64,000 nt of DNA, taken from Betaproteobacteria bacterium (lineage in GTDB: Bacteria; Pseudomonadota; Gammaproteobacteria; Burkholderiales; SG8-39). Below are positions 50,601-58,703 of the stretch, piece after piece (the first letter of the stretch is position 1; each line of letters starts with the position of its first letter). Where the stretch lies: NCBI GenBank assembly GCA_016195915.1, contig JACPYS010000064.1, positions 25-64,024 on the forward strand, read 5' to 3'. Position numbers and translations under genes: made by a program. The notes beneath the pieces were generated by a model. The model was given only the letters and a program-made list of their open reading frames with translations, was not told the origin of the DNA and made no database searches.

Positions 50601-51941
50601 CTGGATGGAGCGGTGATCGACGCGGAAGTCCAGGCCACATCGGTAATCTACGATGGAGCACGGGCCGTTCACGTTGCCGCACGCGACATCACCGCGCGCA
50701 AGCGAGCCGAAGCCGCCAATCGTCAACTCGAAGCGCAACTGCGCGAATCTCAGAAGATGGAGGCCATCGGCACCCTCGCCGGTGGCATCGCGCACGATTT
50801 CAACAACATCCTTGCCACCATCCTGGGCAACGCCGAACTGGCGCGCCAGGACATGAGCGCGAATCCCCTCGCGCTGGAGAGCGTGGAGGAGATCCGCAAG
50901 GCCGGGTCGCGCGCGCGGGACCTGGTGCAGCAGATCCTGTCGTTCAGCCGCCGGCAGCCCACCGAGCGTAAGCGGACATCGCTGGCCCCGGTCATCGAAG
51001 AGTCGGTGCGCCTGCTGCGCGCCACGCTGCCCGCACGCCTGGTTCTCGAGGTTCACTGTGATGCCGATGTGCCAGCCGTGCTGGCCGATGCCACTCAGAT
51101 CAAACAGGTCGTGATCAATCTTGTCACCAACGCCATGCAGGCGATGCGTGGCGGCCCCGGGCGCATTGAAATACGCCTCGACACGGTGACGCTCAATGCG
51201 GCATTGGCGGAGGCCCATCCATCGCTTGGGGCCATGCACGCCAGGCGCCCGGGCCGCACCGTGCGGCTCGCGGTGAGCGACGATGGGCCGGGCATGGACG
51301 CGGCCATGCTCGAGCGGATCTTCGAGCCGTTTTTCACCACCAAGCCGGTGGACGAAGGCACCGGGCTGGGTCTGTCGGTAGCGCATGGTATCGTGCAGGG
51401 GCACGAAGGCGCGATCGTGGTGGACAGCGCGCCTGGCATGGGTGCGAGCTTCACGCTCTACCTGCCCGCTGCCGAAACAGAGGCGGGCGCGCCGCAGCCT
51501 GGTGAGAGCGCGGGCGCTGCGCTCAAAGCCGCAACGCCGCAGATGGGCGGCGGCCGGCACATTCTCCATCTCGACGACGATGAATCGCTGGTATTCCTGG
51601 TCAAGCGCCTGTTGGAGCGGCGCGGCCACCGCGTCAGCAGCCACACTGACCAGCGTGCAGCGCTCGATGCGCTGCGCGCCCATCCGGCCGGATTCGACCT
51701 GGTGGTGACCGACTACAACATGCCGGGCATGTCGGGCTTGGACGTGGCGCGCGAAGTGCGCGCGATCCGCGCGGATCTGCCCGTGGCGGTGGCCTCGGGT
51801 TTCATCGACGAGGCACTGCGCGCGCAGGCGGGCGGGACCGGGGTGCGGGAATTGATTTTCAAGGCCGACGCGGTGGAAGAGTTCTGCGAGGTCGTGCAGC
51901 GGCTGGTTCGGGCGGTCGGTGAGAAATCGAAGTCTTCCTGA
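47637..51941 (+). CDS. Membrane Cache-HAMP-PAS-GAF-PAS hybrid histidine kinase with C-terminal receiver
   Basis: About 1434 aa from MTFPYRQLSIRTQIFLLAL, a TM segment. An in-frame ATG also exists at 47541. Periplasmic Cache-like region, HAMP, several PAS units, GAF block (LLLDPAGQHLLHGAAPNLPPAY...GTFAFYF). H-box LAGGIAHDFNNILATILGN. ATPase GTGLGLSVAHGIV. Receiver (ILHLDDDESLV...VVTDYNMPGMSG). Confidence 0.85.
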   Translation: MTFPYRQLSIRTQIFLLALAIVLPVAAMLAWFLAAALQHARDEAHAKVRNLATYAAADLERHLRRSEATLGRLAARPLVKALDPRHCDPIVAEFVRLNPEFTTLGVRDVQGNSVCSYLSNPIRQLNTRDFPWFEEGMRNGKFTAGDAFRGRQVGRWVSVLTHPIRNDEGTLTGLLALPVDLLKFGEDLLASVPKNSVVVVLDRKGTILLRSAEAGSFIGRPAPEKAEDAMRGMREGFLSITGLDGVQRLHTFVTIPGVEWRVMAGLPQDEVFAGYHATLRRSLGIGLGALLLALALAWRIGAAIVRPIADLAAAAASVAAGDNAARAKVAGPAEIESVAQQFNRMLDARNRGEAALRESEVRYRTLVDWSPEPIAVHRDGKIIYVNPADIKMFGATSAQDLIGKPILDFVHPDFRQLVLARVKNISDHGGTTPQLDQRYLKLDGTAIDVEVQSASIIFDGERAVLVAMRDITERKAMEAQRDDERKLLELVARGGPLPDLLTRLVLNYEALFPGMRGSVLLLDPAGQHLLHGAAPNLPPAYCQAIDGVEIGPSVGSCGTAAHTGKTTMVADIASDPLWRAFKDLALAHGLQACWSVPILGTSGRVLGTFAFYFNAPRAALPSELTNIERGAQLASLAIERDLAVAALRESEERFRSLTELSSDWYWEQDVQFRFVRMHGDLELKTGIPTADHIGLTRWDMPALNLSDNDWDAHKAVLQAHLPFRDLQMQRPNRAGRVHWVSISGMPIFDAQGLFTGYRGVGTDISERVQTEVALRESEARNRLFADAVKQSGDAIWTHDLDGIVMFWNEAAAKLFGFSAEEAVGKSVRELHLAGVSEAEWESVRRRFASKAPETYESRRHTKAGNIVDLFVSTAPMFDEHGKHVAKIISMTDISERKRAQAALKESEERYRILVEWTPEPSFVHRDGEMIYVNPAAINMFGATAAHDLVGKPLLDRVHPDFRQIVQARIKGIAEHGVSVPMIELRYLRLDGAVIDAEVQATSVIYDGARAVHVAARDITARKRAEAANRQLEAQLRESQKMEAIGTLAGGIAHDFNNILATILGNAELARQDMSANPLALESVEEIRKAGSRARDLVQQILSFSRRQPTERKRTSLAPVIEESVRLLRATLPARLVLEVHCDADVPAVLADATQIKQVVINLVTNAMQAMRGGPGRIEIRLDTVTLNAALAEAHPSLGAMHARRPGRTVRLAVSDDGPGMDAAMLERIFEPFFTTKPVDEGTGLGLSVAHGIVQGHEGAIVVDSAPGMGASFTLYLPAAETEAGAPQPGESAGAALKAATPQMGGGRHILHLDDDESLVFLVKRLLERRGHRVSSHTDQRAALDALRAHPAGFDLVVTDYNMPGMSGLDVAREVRAIRADLPVAVASGFIDEALRAQAGGTGVRELIFKADAVEEFCEVVQRLVRAVGEKSKSS

Positions 51942-52043
51942 CGGAATCAGGACGCGGCCGGCAGCCCGAGCTCCCGGCGCAGCATCTGCGTGAGCACAAC
52001 CGGGGACAGGTCTTGCGTTGATGCCCGCCGGGATGATCGGGGA

Positions 52044-53270
52044 TCAGACTGTCCCGCTTGAATCCGACAAATAGTTTCCCGCTTCGAACCGCAAGCAGGC
52101 ATCTTTCTCATCGAAGGCGACGCCAGCGGGATTTCCACCCTCGGCGACCTTAGCGAGCTGCTGCTCGAGGAATCGGCGCAGCAGCGCGATCCCCTTGTCG
52201 CTGGTGGCGAAATGTTCCTCGGAGTGGAACGTGATCGGACCCTGGCCGGTCTGCGCTTCGTAATCGCCGGGGAAGCGCTGGTGTTCCTCCTCGCTGAGTT
52301 CCCGCCAGTACTTGCCATTCATTCTGGATCGCATGCGGCCGAGCTGGCCGTTCTCCCTGACGCGGCCTGCGACGTAGATGCGGTAGTGCGTGTCGTCAAT
52401 CGGCAGTACCCAGCCGATCGATTCGACTCTTCCGTATCCGTCCACGCGCGGGTTGGGAACCACTCTCAGCGTCGGGACCACCGCCTCGGTGACGCGGCGG
52501 AAGCCACGCCCGTTTTCCAGCGTGCGCAGCGACACCACCTTGACGCCGCGTTCGGTGGCCGAGAATTCCACCTTCGGCACCTGCGCCATCTGCGCGACGA
52601 ACTGCGCGCCGCTGAACGAGCCGTGAAGAACGGGGACGTGGAACGGATCGACCACGTTTTCCCAATGCTGGAGCCAGTTGCACGGCACGACGGCCGCACC
52701 GCCTGAGCCGACGGAACTGTCGTCCGCCGCGACGAATTCCCCTGGGGCGAGTTCGTCCAGGCATGCGTAGCGCGGCAGGAAGGGCTTTTTCTCCGCAGGG
52801 CCGAGATAGGCGAACACCAGCCCGTAGCGCTCTTCGAGCGGATACCAGGGCTGGCGTACCTTGTCGCGGCGCGGGCCGCCGCCTTCCTCGCAGGGCTGCT
52901 CGAGGCAACGGCCTTCGACGTCGTACAGCCAGCCGTGGTAGCAACAGCGGATGCCGCGCTCCTCGACCTTGCCGTAATAGAGCGTCGTACCGCGATGCGC
53001 GCAGCGTGGATACACGAGCCAGGCGCGGCCCCGGCCGTCGCGGAACAAGATCAGGTCTTCGCCCATTACGCGCAGCCGGCGCGGCCTGTCGCCGGCATCG
53101 GCGGAGAGGCCGACCGGATGCCAATAGCGCCGCAACAGTTCGCCCATCGGGGTGCCCGCGCCGACCTCGGTCAGATCGGCGCGGTACGAGGGCTTCTTCC
53201 TTCCGTAAGCGGTGCCGGTATCCAAGCGGGCGTCACTCGATCTTCGCGCCGGAGCTCTTGATGAGCGCAT
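52044..53270 (-). CDS. Rieske [2Fe-2S] non-haem-iron oxygenase, alpha subunit (phthalate-family type)
   Basis: GTPMGELLRRYWHPV. Rieske ligands CAHRGTTL...CCYHGW. The ATG at 53270 overlaps the Bug gene by 38 nt. An in-frame TTG at 53225 would remove the overlap. Confidence 0.85.
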   Translation of the reverse strand: MRSSRAPARRSSDARLDTGTAYGRKKPSYRADLTEVGAGTPMGELLRRYWHPVGLSADAGDRPRRLRVMGEDLILFRDGRGRAWLVYPRCAHRGTTLYYGKVEERGIRCCYHGWLYDVEGRCLEQPCEEGGGPRRDKVRQPWYPLEERYGLVFAYLGPAEKKPFLPRYACLDELAPGEFVAADDSSVGSGGAAVVPCNWLQHWENVVDPFHVPVLHGSFSGAQFVAQMAQVPKVEFSATERGVKVVSLRTLENGRGFRRVTEAVVPTLRVVPNPRVDGYGRVESIGWVLPIDDTHYRIYVAGRVRENGQLGRMRSRMNGKYWRELSEEEHQRFPGDYEAQTGQGPITFHSEEHFATSDKGIALLRRFLEQQLAKVAEGGNPAGVAFDEKDACLRFEAGNYLSDSSGTV

Positions 53271-54219
53271 CCCACCTCGGGAAATCCGCGCGCACGTTGG
53301 CCATGAATTCTTCCGGCGTATTGCCTACCGGCGTCTGACCTTGCACGACCATTTTCTCCACGACTTCCGGCTGGTGGATGACGCCTCTGAGCTCGCGCTG
53401 CAGCCGGTCGACGATCGGTCGCGGCGTTCCGGCAGGCGCATATGCACCCACCCAGATCGCGAGGTCCACGTTCGGAACACCCTGCTCGGTGAAGGTCGCG
53501 AGATCGGGCATCGAAGCCGAGCGCTGCGGTCCGGTCATCGCAATCGGCCGGATCGCGCCCGATGCGATGCGCGGCTTCACGCTGGTCGGGCTGGTAAACG
53601 TGGTGTCGAGCGCGCCGTTCTGCACGTCGGTGACCGCCGGCACGTCACCCTTGTAGGGGACGTGCTCGAGATTCAGACCGAGGTCGCGCTTCAGGATCTG
53701 ACCGGCAAGATGACCCCAGGATGCGATTCCCCAGGAGCCGTAGGTCACGCGATCCTTGCCCTTCGCCCAGTCGATGAACTCATTGAGGTCCTTGTAAGGC
53801 GCGCTCGCGGGGCCTACAAGCAGTACCGTGCCATAGGACAGTTGCGTGATGGGCGCAAGGTCCTTATCCGGGTTGTAGGCAAGCGACTTCGAATACAGGA
53901 TCGGATTGTTCACCGCCGTGGACATGGTGGTGATCATGAACGTATGGCCGTCGGGCGCAGACCGGATCAGGGCCTGCGTGCCCACGATGGTGTTCGCTCC
54001 CGCGATCGCCTCCACGACGATGTTCTGCCCGAGGCGCCTCGAAAGCGGCTCGGCGATCAGGCGGCAGTAGATGTCGATCGCGCCGCCGGGGTTGAACGGG
54101 GTGATCAGCCGGATCGGTTTGCTCGGATAGGCGGAGCCCAATGCGCCGCCCTGCGCAAACGCGCCCGAGCACAGCAGCGCCGAAGTCAGGACGCAGGCGA
54201 GCTTTTGCAGCATTTTCAT
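53233..54219 (-). CDS. Bug-family (TctC-like) periplasmic solute-binding protein
   Basis: 328 aa from MKMLQKLACVLTSALLCSGAFAQ, a signal peptide. YPSKPIRLITPFNPGGAIDIYCRLIAEPLSRRLGQNIVVE is typical of the Bug/TctC family. Confidence 0.88.
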   Translation of the reverse strand: MKMLQKLACVLTSALLCSGAFAQGGALGSAYPSKPIRLITPFNPGGAIDIYCRLIAEPLSRRLGQNIVVEAIAGANTIVGTQALIRSAPDGHTFMITTMSTAVNNPILYSKSLAYNPDKDLAPITQLSYGTVLLVGPASAPYKDLNEFIDWAKGKDRVTYGSWGIASWGHLAGQILKRDLGLNLEHVPYKGDVPAVTDVQNGALDTTFTSPTSVKPRIASGAIRPIAMTGPQRSASMPDLATFTEQGVPNVDLAIWVGAYAPAGTPRPIVDRLQRELRGVIHQPEVVEKMVVQGQTPVGNTPEEFMANVRADFPRWDALIKSSGAKIE

Positions 54220-54262
54220 CTGTATTGTCCTTCCCCGATGAATCATTCTACCGTCCGGTGGT

Positions 54263-56272
54263 TCAGCTCGCCGCGACTGCCGCCGATCGCGCTGCAGCTC
54301 CGGTCGCTGCATCGTTCTGCGCGAGCCGCAGTGCGTAGTTGCCTTCGAAGTCGCCCCAGAACGCAATCGGCCGGTCCGACAAGGCTACACCTTCGCCCTG
54401 CTTGCGGATCACGATCCACTTGTGCCAGCCGGGCGGATCCATTTCGGGGTAATCGAGCCGTTTGAAATGCAGGCACGCGCTCGAAGCCTTGCGCGCCTCG
54501 CACGCCGCCACGATCATCTGCGCGCAGGTGACGATGTCGTGCACCTCGAGCACCCGCATCAGCTGGTGCGGATCGCCTGCGCTGACCCGCGGTGCTTCGT
54601 TCGTCTCGAGGTCCTCGAGCCAGGTGCGCGCGAGGGCGAGCAATTCCGCGTTCTTCGGTTCGCTGCCATAGTTCTGCATCACGCGGGCCACCGCGGCGTT
54701 CAGTTCCTTCCAGTCCGGCCCGGTGGTGCTGGAGGCGAGGGGCGCGTACACGCGCTTCTTCTCTTGCTCGATCTGCTCCCGTGAGATTTCAACCGCGCCC
54801 GAGCGTCGCGCGTAGAGCGCGGCGCGGGCGCCGGCGTAACGCCCGGTCGCCGCAGCGTGCGAATGATCGCCTCCGCCGAACACGAGGTTGCCCGCTCCGA
54901 ACAGCCCGGGCAGGTTCGACATCAGGTCCCAGTCCACGAGCATCCCGCCGCAGATCCCCTGCTCGCCGAACGTTCGCTCCTGGGGCAGCACCGGATCGCG
55001 CATGCCCTGGCCGCGCAGAAAATCGTAGGTCTGCAGCATGTCGCGCTCGGGATCGAAACCCGCGGCAGTGTAGGTTTGCATCACGGGAATGCGCGTCTTG
55101 CCTTCGTTGCCGACCATGATCCCCCAGATCGCCTTGCGCTCCATCTCGGGCATGCCCGCAAGATCCGCGTAGAACGGCGGAGTGAACTCGCCGGCGAGCA
55201 TGCGCGCTTCCAGGTCCGGAATCGGCCTGGGCCCTAGGTACCGGGGGAGCCCCGGGTGCGGTTGCGAACTCGAACCGCCACCCATGATGAAAAACTTCTG
55301 GCCCTCGACCGGGTGGCAGCGCGCGGCGACGCCGGAAACCGGCCGTCCCCAGGCGTCGACCCAGGGAACCTCCTTGCCTATCGCGTCCACGACCGTGCAC
55401 GGATACCAGGTATTGATCGCATTGCCGCTGCCGTAGGGCGGGAACGAGTAGGGGCTCGAAAACGGCGAGCGCATCGAGCGCTCCATCATCGTGAACTCCG
55501 CGCCTGCGCGCCACGCGATGGCATAGCCCGTGCCGGAGCACGACGGCGGCTGGAACGTGGAAATGCCGCGAAGCTCGGATGAAAACGTCCAGATACGCTG
55601 CGGGCGATTCGTCGCAAGCACCACCGCCTTCGCGCGCACCGTCAGGTACGCGCCGCTATGGCAATGTATCCCGGCCGCGCCAACCACGCGCGCTCCGGGG
55701 CGGCCGCCTTCCGTCAGAAGGGAGGTGACGGCAACCCGGTCGAACACACGGATCCCGAGGCGCCTGCACTCTTCACGCAACAGCGGTTTGTAGTTGTGGC
55801 CCAAGACGCGGAGCACGAACCGGTTGGTGTAGTCGTAGGCATACAGGAGTTTCGTTTTCTCGTCGCGGAACTCGGCGCCGCGGAATTCGTCGTCAGTGTC
55901 GCGGACTTTGCCGCCCATGCGCTCCATTTCTTCCAGCGCGGACCAGCCGGAGGCGCACTGGATGTAGGTGGAGATGCCATTGCGGTAGCCGCCCTGGTTG
56001 TCCACCAGCGCCTGCGCGAGTTCCTCCGGCGTAACGCGCGAGCCGGGATTGTCCGCCGCGAATTGCCAGTGATCGACGCCCGCTCCGCCGGCCCCGCTGC
56101 GCTCGGTCGCCGCTTTCTCGAGGATGATGACCCTGGCGCCGGCGCGCGCCGCCGCGATTGCAGCCCACGCTCCGCCGATGCCGCCGCCGATGACCAGCAC
56201 GTCGGCGTCGTAGCTGCGCCCGGTGCCATAACGCACCGCGTACGGCCAGCGCAAGACCTGACCCCGGTTCAT
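54263..56272 (-). CDS. FAD flavoprotein of the fumarate reductase/succinate dehydrogenase/AprA superfamily, copy 1
   Basis: 669 aa from MNRGQVLRWPYAVRYG. Dinucleotide fold DVLVIGGGIGGAWAAIAAARAGARVIILEK. About 85% identical by eye to the upstream paralog. Confidence 0.8.
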   Translation of the reverse strand: MNRGQVLRWPYAVRYGTGRSYDADVLVIGGGIGGAWAAIAAARAGARVIILEKAATERSGAGGAGVDHWQFAADNPGSRVTPEELAQALVDNQGGYRNGISTYIQCASGWSALEEMERMGGKVRDTDDEFRGAEFRDEKTKLLYAYDYTNRFVLRVLGHNYKPLLREECRRLGIRVFDRVAVTSLLTEGGRPGARVVGAAGIHCHSGAYLTVRAKAVVLATNRPQRIWTFSSELRGISTFQPPSCSGTGYAIAWRAGAEFTMMERSMRSPFSSPYSFPPYGSGNAINTWYPCTVVDAIGKEVPWVDAWGRPVSGVAARCHPVEGQKFFIMGGGSSSQPHPGLPRYLGPRPIPDLEARMLAGEFTPPFYADLAGMPEMERKAIWGIMVGNEGKTRIPVMQTYTAAGFDPERDMLQTYDFLRGQGMRDPVLPQERTFGEQGICGGMLVDWDLMSNLPGLFGAGNLVFGGGDHSHAAATGRYAGARAALYARRSGAVEISREQIEQEKKRVYAPLASSTTGPDWKELNAAVARVMQNYGSEPKNAELLALARTWLEDLETNEAPRVSAGDPHQLMRVLEVHDIVTCAQMIVAACEARKASSACLHFKRLDYPEMDPPGWHKWIVIRKQGEGVALSDRPIAFWGDFEGNYALRLAQNDAATGAAARSAAVAAS

Positions 56273-56282
56273 GGCCACCGGA

Positions 56283-58304
56283 TCAGGCAGCGGCCCGGCT
56301 CGCGGCTTGCGAAGCGCTCGCCATCGCGGCGGCGTTTTCGGCATGGCGCGGCCGGTAATTGCTTTCGAAATCGCCCCAGAACGCGATCGGCCGGTCCGAC
56401 ACGGCGACGTCTTCGCCTTGCTTGCGGATCACGAGCCACTTGTGCCACTCGGCGGGGTCCATCTGCGGGTAATCGCGGCGATTGAAATGCAGGTAGGCGC
56501 TCGAAGCCTTGCGCGCCTCGCAAGCCGACACGATCATCTGCGCGCAGGTGACGATGTCATGCACCTCGAGCACGCGCATCAGCTGGTGCGGATCGCCCGC
56601 GCTGACACGCGGCACTTCGTTCGCCTGGAGGTCGTCGAGCCAGGTTTTCGCGAGCGAAAGCAGCTCCGCGTTTTTCAGTTCGCTGCAGTAGTTTTGCATC
56701 ACGCGTGCCACCGCCGCGTTCAGTTCCTTCCAGTCCGGCCCCGCGGCGCTGCAGGCGAGGGGAGCGTACACGCGCTTTTTCTCCCGCTCGATCTGCTCCA
56801 GCGAGACTTCTCCCGCGCTCGAGCGGCGTGCATGGAGCGCGGCGCGTGCTCCGGCGAAGCGCCCCGATGCCGCGGCGTGCGAATGGTCCTGGCCCCCGAA
56901 CAGCAGGTCGCCGGCCCCGAACAATCCCGGGAGATTCGACATCAGGTCCCAGTCCACGAGCATCCCGCCGCAAACGCCTTGCTCGCCAAAGGTCCTCTCC
57001 TGGGGCAGCACCGGCTCACGCATACCATGGCCGCGCAGAAAGTCGTAGCTCTGCAGCATGTCGCGCTCTGGATCGAAACCCGAGGCCATGTAGGTCTTCA
57101 TCACCGGTATGCGCGTCTTGCCTTCGTTGCCGACCATGATCCCCCAGATCGCCTTGCGCTCCATCTCGGGCATGCCCGCAAGATCCGCGTAGAACGGCGG
57201 GACGAACTCCCCGGCGAGCATGCGCGCTTCGAGGTCCGGAATCGGCTTGGGCCCGAGATGCTGTGGAAGCCCCGGGTGGGGTTGCGAACTCGAACCACCG
57301 CCCATGATGAAGAACTTCTGGCCTTCGACCGGGCGGCAGCGCGCGGCCACGCCTGAAACCGGCCGTCCCCAGGCGTCGACCCAGGGAACTTCCTTGCCGT
57401 TCGCATCAACGATCGTGCACGGATACCAGGTATTGATTGCATTGCCGCTGCCGTAAGGGGGATACGCATAGGGGCTGGCAAACGACGAGCGCATCGACTT
57501 TTCCATCATCGCGAACTCGGCGCCCGCGCGGTAGGCGATGGCGTAGCCGGTGCCCGAACAGGACGGCGGGCGGAAGGTGGTGATGCCCCGAAGTTCGGAG
57601 GAGAAGGTCCAGATGCGCTTCGGGCGGTTGGTGGCGAGCACTACCGCCTTCGCGCGCACCGCGACGTACGCGCCACTGTGGCAATGCACTCCGGCCGCGC
57701 CGACCACGCGCGCACCCGGGCGTCCGCCTTCGGTCAGGATCGAGGTGACGGCAACCCGGTCGAACACGCGAATACCGAGACGCCTGCATTGTTCCCGCAT
57801 CAGCGGTTTGAAGTTGTGGCCCCAGACGCGCAGCACGAACCGGTTGGTGTAGTCGTAGGCGTACAGGAGTTTCGTTTTCTCGTCGCGGAACTCGGCGCCG
57901 CGAAACTCGTCGCCAGTGTCGCGGATCTTTCCGCCCATGCGTTCCATCTCTTCGAGCGTTTCCCACGCCGAGGCGCACTGAATGTAGGTGGAAATGCCGC
58001 TGCGGTAGCCACCCTGGTTATCCACCAGTGCCTGGGCGAGTTCCTCCGGTGAAATCCGCGAGCCGGGGTTGTCCGCCGCCCATTGCCAGTGATCGACGCC
58101 CGGCCCGCCTGCGCCGCTGCGTTCCGTCGCTGCTTTCTCCAGGACGATGACCTTGGCGCCGGTGCTCGCCGCGGCAATCGCCGCCCACACCCCGGCAATG
58201 CCGCCGCCGATAACGAGTACGTCGGCCTCGTAGTCGCGTTCGGTGCCGTAGCGAACCGCGTAGGGCCAGCGCAGGACTGTTCCCGATTCGTGTGGCACGT
58301 TCAT
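56283..58304 (-). CDS. FAD flavoprotein of the fumarate reductase/succinate dehydrogenase/AprA superfamily, copy 2
   Basis: 673 aa from MNVPHESGTVLRWPYAVRYG. DVLVIGGGIAGVWAAIAAASTGAKVIVLEK. Collinear with copy 1 over its full length. Confidence 0.8.
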   Translation of the reverse strand: MNVPHESGTVLRWPYAVRYGTERDYEADVLVIGGGIAGVWAAIAAASTGAKVIVLEKAATERSGAGGPGVDHWQWAADNPGSRISPEELAQALVDNQGGYRSGISTYIQCASAWETLEEMERMGGKIRDTGDEFRGAEFRDEKTKLLYAYDYTNRFVLRVWGHNFKPLMREQCRRLGIRVFDRVAVTSILTEGGRPGARVVGAAGVHCHSGAYVAVRAKAVVLATNRPKRIWTFSSELRGITTFRPPSCSGTGYAIAYRAGAEFAMMEKSMRSSFASPYAYPPYGSGNAINTWYPCTIVDANGKEVPWVDAWGRPVSGVAARCRPVEGQKFFIMGGGSSSQPHPGLPQHLGPKPIPDLEARMLAGEFVPPFYADLAGMPEMERKAIWGIMVGNEGKTRIPVMKTYMASGFDPERDMLQSYDFLRGHGMREPVLPQERTFGEQGVCGGMLVDWDLMSNLPGLFGAGDLLFGGQDHSHAAASGRFAGARAALHARRSSAGEVSLEQIEREKKRVYAPLACSAAGPDWKELNAAVARVMQNYCSELKNAELLSLAKTWLDDLQANEVPRVSAGDPHQLMRVLEVHDIVTCAQMIVSACEARKASSAYLHFNRRDYPQMDPAEWHKWLVIRKQGEDVAVSDRPIAFWGDFESNYRPRHAENAAAMASASQAASRAAA

Positions 58305-58314
58305 GCTCGCCTCC

Positions 58315-58620
58315 CTATACGCGGAAATGGCCGCCGGAATCCTTGCGTTTCCAGCGCACGCGCTGTTGCAGCGGGTGGTTGAGCCGGATCGCGCCAGGCA
58401 GGGGGCAGTCATCGACGCAGGGGCCGCAATACCAGCATTCGTCCGGATGCAGGATGAGCGGCGGTTTGCCCTTTTGCGGATTGGGAATGAATACATCTTC
58501 GAGGCACACCGTGAGACAGCGGTTGCAGCCGTCGCAGATCGCCTCGTCGAAAAGCACGGGGTTGCCCGGCGTGGTCCGGTTGGGCAGCGCGTAAACGATC
58601 GTTTCTTCGTCCATGCTCAT
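58315..58620 (-). CDS. 2x[4Fe-4S] ferredoxin (AprB-like small subunit)
   Basis: About 101 aa. Cluster motifs CDGCNRCLTVC and CWYCGPCVDDCP. GGGAGGGA RBS. Ends 10 nt before flavoprotein copy 2. Confidence 0.8.
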   Translation of the reverse strand: MSMDEETIVYALPNRTTPGNPVLFDEAICDGCNRCLTVCLEDVFIPNPQKGKPPLILHPDECWYCGPCVDDCPLPGAIRLNHPLQQRVRWKRKDSGGHFRV

Positions 58621-58673
58621 TCCCTCCCTGGCTTTTGGCTGGGGGGAAGAATGGGCGTTTGCGCTTCCGGCGT

Positions 58674-58695
58674 CTGTCCCAAGGGCATGGGACAG
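58674..58695. promoter_or_regulatory. Perfect inverted repeat CTGTCCC-N8-GGGACAG (lux-box-like operator or hairpin)
   Basis: Lies 9 nt downstream of the LuxR-family stop. Centred about 64 nt upstream of the ferredoxin ATG. No U-tract follows it. Confidence 0.4.
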
Positions 58696-58703
58696 ACGGC
58701 AAT

